Of a DNA stretch of 64,000 bases, positions 59,371 to 64,000 are shown one piece after another. Every line of letters begins with the position of its first letter. Positions within the stretch are counted from its first letter, which is position 1. The notes under the pieces were generated by a model that saw only the letters and a list, made by a program, of their open reading frames with translations, had not been told where the DNA came from and searched no databases. A program made the translations under genes and the position numbers. The DNA comes from an uncultured Pseudomonadales bacterium. GTDB lineage: Bacteria > Patescibacteriota > Microgenomatia > UBA1400 > PJMF01. The stretch spans positions 134,716 through 198,715 of the forward strand of contig CAZSJW010000001.1 of the NCBI GenBank assembly GCA_964607285.1. Direction: 5' to 3'.

Positions 59371-59465
59371 ACTCTCCAGAGAGTCTGGCTTTGCATTGGT
59401 GAAGTCCATACGGTACAGTAAGATAAGGAGCAGAAAGCTGTAACAATTTGGTCTGAAAGTACTGT

Positions 59466-61103
59466 ATGAAGCAGTCACGTGCATTGTACGCATTAAGCAT
59501 TGTTATTGTTTTGGGCGGATTGTTGCGCTTGTATGCTTTAGGCAGCGTTCCACATGGCTTGGCATGGGATGAGGCAGCAATTGGATATAATGGTTTTGCT
59601 ATTGTAAAAACTAGGCGTGACGAATGGTTGCAACGGCTACCTGTTTCTTTTCGCTCATTTGGAGATTATAAAGCTCCCCTTGCTATCTATATAAACGGTC
59701 TTAGTACAAAAATTTTGGGTTTACATCCCCTTGGAGTACGACTTCCATTTGCAGTTGCAGGAACAGTATCAATCGGTGTTTTCGCAGCGGTACTCTTTGA
59801 GCTCTGGAGAAATGAAAAGGAACAATCAGCCGCAATGCTTGTTGCCGCTACAGCATTGATGACATCGCCGTGGCATACACACTATTCTAGAGTTGCATTT
59901 GAGTCAGGCATTGCATTGTTTTTACTTCTCTGCGCAGTTTTTAGTTTTCTGAGGTTTTGCATAGATTCTAGAATTACTAGACAGCTGTTTTGGGTCAGTA
60001 TATCTGCAGTTTCAGCATCTCTATCTTTGTATACCTACCACAGTTCTAAAATCACCACACTTGTTTTACTGTTTGGCATGATGATTATGTTCAGAGAGAA
60101 CATGAAAAAAAGAGTTTGGGCTGTGCTGCTTGGTGCTTTGCTTTTCTTCATTACTATACTTCCATTACTTCGAGATTCAATTTTTGGAGACGGATTGACC
60201 AGAGCGAATGTTACTATATTTTCAAAAACACAAGACGTATGGACAGCGATTGCCACCATGCTACAACAGTTGTTGACACATCTTGATCATAGATTTTTAG
60301 TGCTTGGGCAAACAACATCACTTCGTCATGGTGATGGGATGTGGGGTGTTCTTCTTCCAACCACATATTTCTTTGCTCTGCTTGCTGTTATGTACTTTGC
60401 TGTTCGTATATACACTGCTGCCACATCGACTCAAGTGTTCTTAACAAGTCCGTCAGAGAGAAGAACAATGATTGCCTTTCTTTGGATAATTGCAGGACTG
60501 TTGCCAGCAGCTATAGGCACAGAAGTTCCTCACAGTAACCGTGCTTTATTAGCCTTGCCAGGATTCTTGTTACTAGCAGTTGAAGGGGTATTTTTATCCT
60601 GGCACACATTGAAGAAACTTGCTATTAACCAAAGTGTATTAGGTTCACACGGTGAAAAGAACCTTGTTCCTAAGCTTGTGCTGGGCACTCTATTCATGGC
60701 TCACAGCTTTATTGCTATTTCCTACATAAGTGACTACTTTACTCATTTCCCAAAGAATTCCACTGCCGCTTTTTCTGATGGGTATCTTGAGGCAATGTCA
60801 ATAGCTGCGCAATACGAAAAAGGCACTCATGGAAGACCTGAAGTTGATACAATTTTGTTTAGTGATGCTTACGGTCAGCCGTATATTTATGCTTTGTTTG
60901 TGAGAAGAACCGACCCTATCTGGTATCAAGGTGGATCGTTGATCAAGTACCAATTTTCATCAATCAAACCATCAGATTTACTACGTGAGAAAACTTTGGT
61001 GGTTGCAACACCTGGTGATGGTCTGCCAGTTGCTTCTGCAGACCACGTGGTATACGGAAGTGATGGATCCATACGATTTTTACTATTTACAACACCCAAA
61101 TGA
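59466..61103 (+). CDS. GT-C (PMT/ArnT-like, GT39/83) membrane glycosyltransferase
   Basis: RLY.L..VP...WDEAA.GYN, FGDYK.P, RLP, SPW...SR..FE and RHG. Confidence 0.85.
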   Translation: MKQSRALYALSIVIVLGGLLRLYALGSVPHGLAWDEAAIGYNGFAIVKTRRDEWLQRLPVSFRSFGDYKAPLAIYINGLSTKILGLHPLGVRLPFAVAGTVSIGVFAAVLFELWRNEKEQSAAMLVAATALMTSPWHTHYSRVAFESGIALFLLLCAVFSFLRFCIDSRITRQLFWVSISAVSASLSLYTYHSSKITTLVLLFGMMIMFRENMKKRVWAVLLGALLFFITILPLLRDSIFGDGLTRANVTIFSKTQDVWTAIATMLQQLLTHLDHRFLVLGQTTSLRHGDGMWGVLLPTTYFFALLAVMYFAVRIYTAATSTQVFLTSPSERRTMIAFLWIIAGLLPAAIGTEVPHSNRALLALPGFLLLAVEGVFLSWHTLKKLAINQSVLGSHGEKNLVPKLVLGTLFMAHSFIAISYISDYFTHFPKNSTAAFSDGYLEAMSIAAQYEKGTHGRPEVDTILFSDAYGQPYIYALFVRRTDPIWYQGGSLIKYQFSSIKPSDLLREKTLVVATPGDGLPVASADHVVYGSDGSIRFLLFTTPK

Positions 61104-62815
61104 GCAATCGTATTTTCAGAAATCATATCGCTATTATTCTAGCAATTCTATTTGTAGCAGTAGTGTTGCGTGTTTACTCCCTTGCCAGTTTACCTATAAG
61201 TCCATATTGGGAGGAGGTGGCAGTTGCGTATGATGCATACTCATTACTACAGACAGGTCATGATCATCATGGAAATTTTTTGCCAGTTGTAGCCCTTGAG
61301 TCGTTTGGCGATTGGAAACCATCTGGCTATGCGTATGCACAGATACCTAGTATAGCCGTTTTTGGTCTTCACACATTCGCGCTAAGACTCCCTGCAGCAA
61401 TTTCAGGGGTATCCCTAGTAATATTGGCAGGGTATGTTAGTTGGAAGCTCACCCAAAGTATGACTGTCCTGACGCTTGCGATGGCTCTCACTGCAATTTC
61501 CCCTTGGCAGATTATATTTTCTAGGGCTGGTTGGGAAGTTATGCTCGCAACAGCACTTTTTTCTTGGGGGGCTGCAATCGTAACACGTGCTTTGTTAGAA
61601 ATGCCTAAGAAATCTGAACTGTTGTTAATTCTTGGTTGTCTATCGCTATCATTCTCTGCTTACACCTATCATGCCATGCGACTACTGGTCCCATTGTTTT
61701 TGGTTAGTATAGCTTTGTTTGCTATTGCAACAGCTCATAAAAATAACAAGAATGAAGTAAAAGTGGTTTTTAAAAACTGCATCATTCTCGCGCTTGTAAG
61801 TTTTCTCACATTTATACCATTTTTACGTGTTTGGGGTTCCCCTGAACTTGGACAACGGTTTGCTGAAACTAGCATTTTTTCTGACATTGAAATCATCCAT
61901 CGAAGTAACGAAGCAATTAAACTAAGCGATAACTCTTTTTTTGCCAGAGTAGCACATCATAGGTACGTAGAGTACTCCTCAGTACTTTTCACTAACTATC
62001 TTAGCCATTTTAGTCCGAAGTTCTTATTTATCACTGGCGATGTAAACCCAAGACATGCAACAGGATATGGAGGTCATTTATACGGGCTAGACTCCATATT
62101 GCTAATTGCTGGTGTCCTTGCAGGTCTCTCGAGAGTTACACACTCAAAATCTTCAAGACCTTGGGCATTTTTTATATGTTGCTTAGTATTTCTATCTCCA
62201 ATACCAGCAAGTGTAACCAACGCGACCCCTCACGCTTTACGAACACTACCAATGAGCTTGGGACTACTTATTTTAGTATCTGTTGGTGCTCAACAGTTAC
62301 TTGCAGTGACTACAAAAAAGTTTGAACGCTTTTTCTCTCAAGCAATTATACTCACTGTAGCAGTTCTACTTTACAGCTTGCAACCAATAGCCTGGTGGAG
62401 ACACTATACAGCGGTCTATTCTATTACTTCCGCTTCTCAGTGGCAGTACGGATATAGGCAATTATATGAGGAGTTGGCTCGTCTTAGTGAAACTAGTCCT
62501 GTATCAGAGATCTATGTGAGTAGAGTGTATGGTAGACCTGCCATGTACTTATGGTTTTATAGACAAACACCACCTTCTGCTGTTCAAGAAGTTAATTCAA
62601 TAGCTAACAAAGATCAAGGAGAGTATCTTGAGTTTGACCGTTATAAGTTTTTCACTAAAGTATCGGAAATACCCATCAAACCAATGATACTTGCAGTTTC
62701 TCCAAATCAATTGCATGATGTAGTTTCTCTGAATAAGTCTTTGCAAGTTTCAAGCATACTACGTAATCCTCAAGGAGAAGAAATCTGGTACATTCTTACG
62801 CAATTTGCAGAGTAA
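61100..62815 (+). CDS. GT-C (PMT/ArnT-like) membrane glycosyltransferase
   Basis: RVY.L..LP...WEEVA.AYD, FGDWK, RLP, SPW...SR..WE, GDVNPRH and PHALR. Confidence 0.85.
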   Translation: MSNRIFRNHIAIILAILFVAVVLRVYSLASLPISPYWEEVAVAYDAYSLLQTGHDHHGNFLPVVALESFGDWKPSGYAYAQIPSIAVFGLHTFALRLPAAISGVSLVILAGYVSWKLTQSMTVLTLAMALTAISPWQIIFSRAGWEVMLATALFSWGAAIVTRALLEMPKKSELLLILGCLSLSFSAYTYHAMRLLVPLFLVSIALFAIATAHKNNKNEVKVVFKNCIILALVSFLTFIPFLRVWGSPELGQRFAETSIFSDIEIIHRSNEAIKLSDNSFFARVAHHRYVEYSSVLFTNYLSHFSPKFLFITGDVNPRHATGYGGHLYGLDSILLIAGVLAGLSRVTHSKSSRPWAFFICCLVFLSPIPASVTNATPHALRTLPMSLGLLILVSVGAQQLLAVTTKKFERFFSQAIILTVAVLLYSLQPIAWWRHYTAVYSITSASQWQYGYRQLYEELARLSETSPVSEIYVSRVYGRPAMYLWFYRQTPPSAVQEVNSIANKDQGEYLEFDRYKFFTKVSEIPIKPMILAVSPNQLHDVVSLNKSLQVSSILRNPQGEEIWYILTQFAE

Positions 62816-62844
62816 TATAGTATATATATGTTGGCCTAAATACC

Positions 62845-64000
62845 GTGTTTACGCTATTAAAATCAATCACCTCCTTTCAAATATATGTACTTCTAGTACT
62901 ATCAGTTTTTTTGACTGGTGGGGTGGTTGTTAGATTGTATCTACTAGGTTCCATACCGTCTGCTTTGTACTGGGATGAGGTAGCTATGTTGGCTGATGCT
63001 CGTATGTTGCTCCAACATGGTACAGACTTGCACGGTAAGTCTTGGCTGCAAAGTACATTTGTATCTTACGGTGACTACAAACTACCTGTGTACATCTGGA
63101 TGACTACTATCAGTGCAAAACTTGTTGGTATTACACCTCTCGCAGTACGGTTACCCAGTATGATTGCAGGGTTGCTTACTGTGTTGAATGCCTCTTTAAT
63201 TACTGGATTGATCATGCAGACTTTGCATGTACCAATTAGTAAAAACCAAAAAACAATTGCAGTTGCAGCAACTGCTGCACTTGCTGCTGTAACGCCATGG
63301 TCTATTTTTTTCTCCCGAACAGGATTTGAAGCACATCTTAGTCAGGCAATTGCGGGATGCTCTGTTGTTTTACTTTTATATAGCTTGAAAGCCACTGTAC
63401 GTCCTGTTTTACAGATGTTAGGTGTATGTATAGCAACTTTGATTGCAGCATTAGGAGTGTATACATACTACTCAACAAGGTATGTCATACCAATTTTGTT
63501 TTGTGTGGTTATTATCGCAGTTTTGAGCCAGAGTTCTTATGGGTTACAAAAACGAATAAAACAGACTGTATTGCTTTTAGCTATGTTTATACTGACTTTT
63601 TGGATCAGCCTACAACCGATACTACACTCACCGACATATGTCGCCAGTAACCAGTACAGACTCTCTACACCATCAGTGTTACAAATGGAACCATTTGTTA
63701 GCACATCCAACGAGTGGAGAGCTATGGCAGGAAACACCGTTATAGATCGTGTGATTTTTCATCGAAGAGTGTTTCAAGTGCTGCAGTTAGCAAAACATAT
63801 AGCTAATCACTTAGATCCTACGTTTTTGTTCTTTTCTGGAGATGCTAATCTTCGGCATGGAACGGGGCGGCACGGCATACTGCTTTTTACCACTCTTCCA
63901 GCTGTGCTAGCGGGATGGGGTTGGCTATTACTCAGATCAAAGCTTTCGGCCAGCATATTTGGTATATGGTGGTTCGCTGCTTTACTGCCCGCTTCTGTAC
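62845..64000 (+). CDS. GT-C (PMT/ArnT-like) membrane glycosyltransferase (partial, runs off the window)
   Basis: Not in the ORF track. From GTG 62845: RLYLLGSIP...WDEVA, YGDYKLP, RLP, TPW...SRTGFE and GDANLRHG. Confidence 0.85.
   Translation, partial: MFTLLKSITSFQIYVLLVLSVFLTGGVVVRLYLLGSIPSALYWDEVAMLADARMLLQHGTDLHGKSWLQSTFVSYGDYKLPVYIWMTTISAKLVGITPLAVRLPSMIAGLLTVLNASLITGLIMQTLHVPISKNQKTIAVAATAALAAVTPWSIFFSRTGFEAHLSQAIAGCSVVLLLYSLKATVRPVLQMLGVCIATLIAALGVYTYYSTRYVIPILFCVVIIAVLSQSSYGLQKRIKQTVLLLAMFILTFWISLQPILHSPTYVASNQYRLSTPSVLQMEPFVSTSNEWRAMAGNTVIDRVIFHRRVFQVLQLAKHIANHLDPTFLFFSGDANLRHGTGRHGILLFTTLPAVLAGWGWLLLRSKLSASIFGIWWFAALLPASV

Noticed and set aside
59371-59465. ops/JUMPstart element or riboswitch in the gap within the glycan cluster
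   Set aside because: No GGCGGTAG motif; only a weak short hairpin without a clear U tract.

Overview
Gene-dense 64 kb bacterial chromosome segment using standard code 11. The gene set suggests a Patescibacteria/CPR organism, probably Microgenomates; this is inference from the GAD-less AspRS, short GlgP, many GT-C glycosyltransferases and absence of amino-acid or nucleotide biosynthesis genes. Core genes (cca, recJ, aspS, glgP, fbaB, typA, rdgB, ybaB, dnaX, ybeY, gltX, trmD, tRNA-Gln) and two large cell-surface glycosylation clusters (18.0-27.6 kb and 47.6-64 kb) are interrupted by short accessory slots of orphan genes, many of them decaying. Highlights: (1) a transcriptional T-box riboswitch before aspS, with an Asp-matching UGGC antiterminator bulge and an unusual ultra-short, branched stem I that presents GAC in a 7-nt loop; (2) an integrase-free tandem module [aspS 3' end - geneX - cargo - DD-carboxypeptidase] present twice, the aspS arms about 80% identical with mostly synonymous differences, which looks like foreign DNA captured by homology-facilitated illegitimate recombination; (3) dnaX split by an A11 run at the gamma/tau boundary; (4) G/T-rich left and C/A-rich right flanks around accessory slots; (5) frequent -10 boxes 6-9 nt before start codons. 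No CRISPR array, rRNA, integrase, transposase or reverse transcriptase was seen. All calls come from manual reading of the sequence; no database searches were run.
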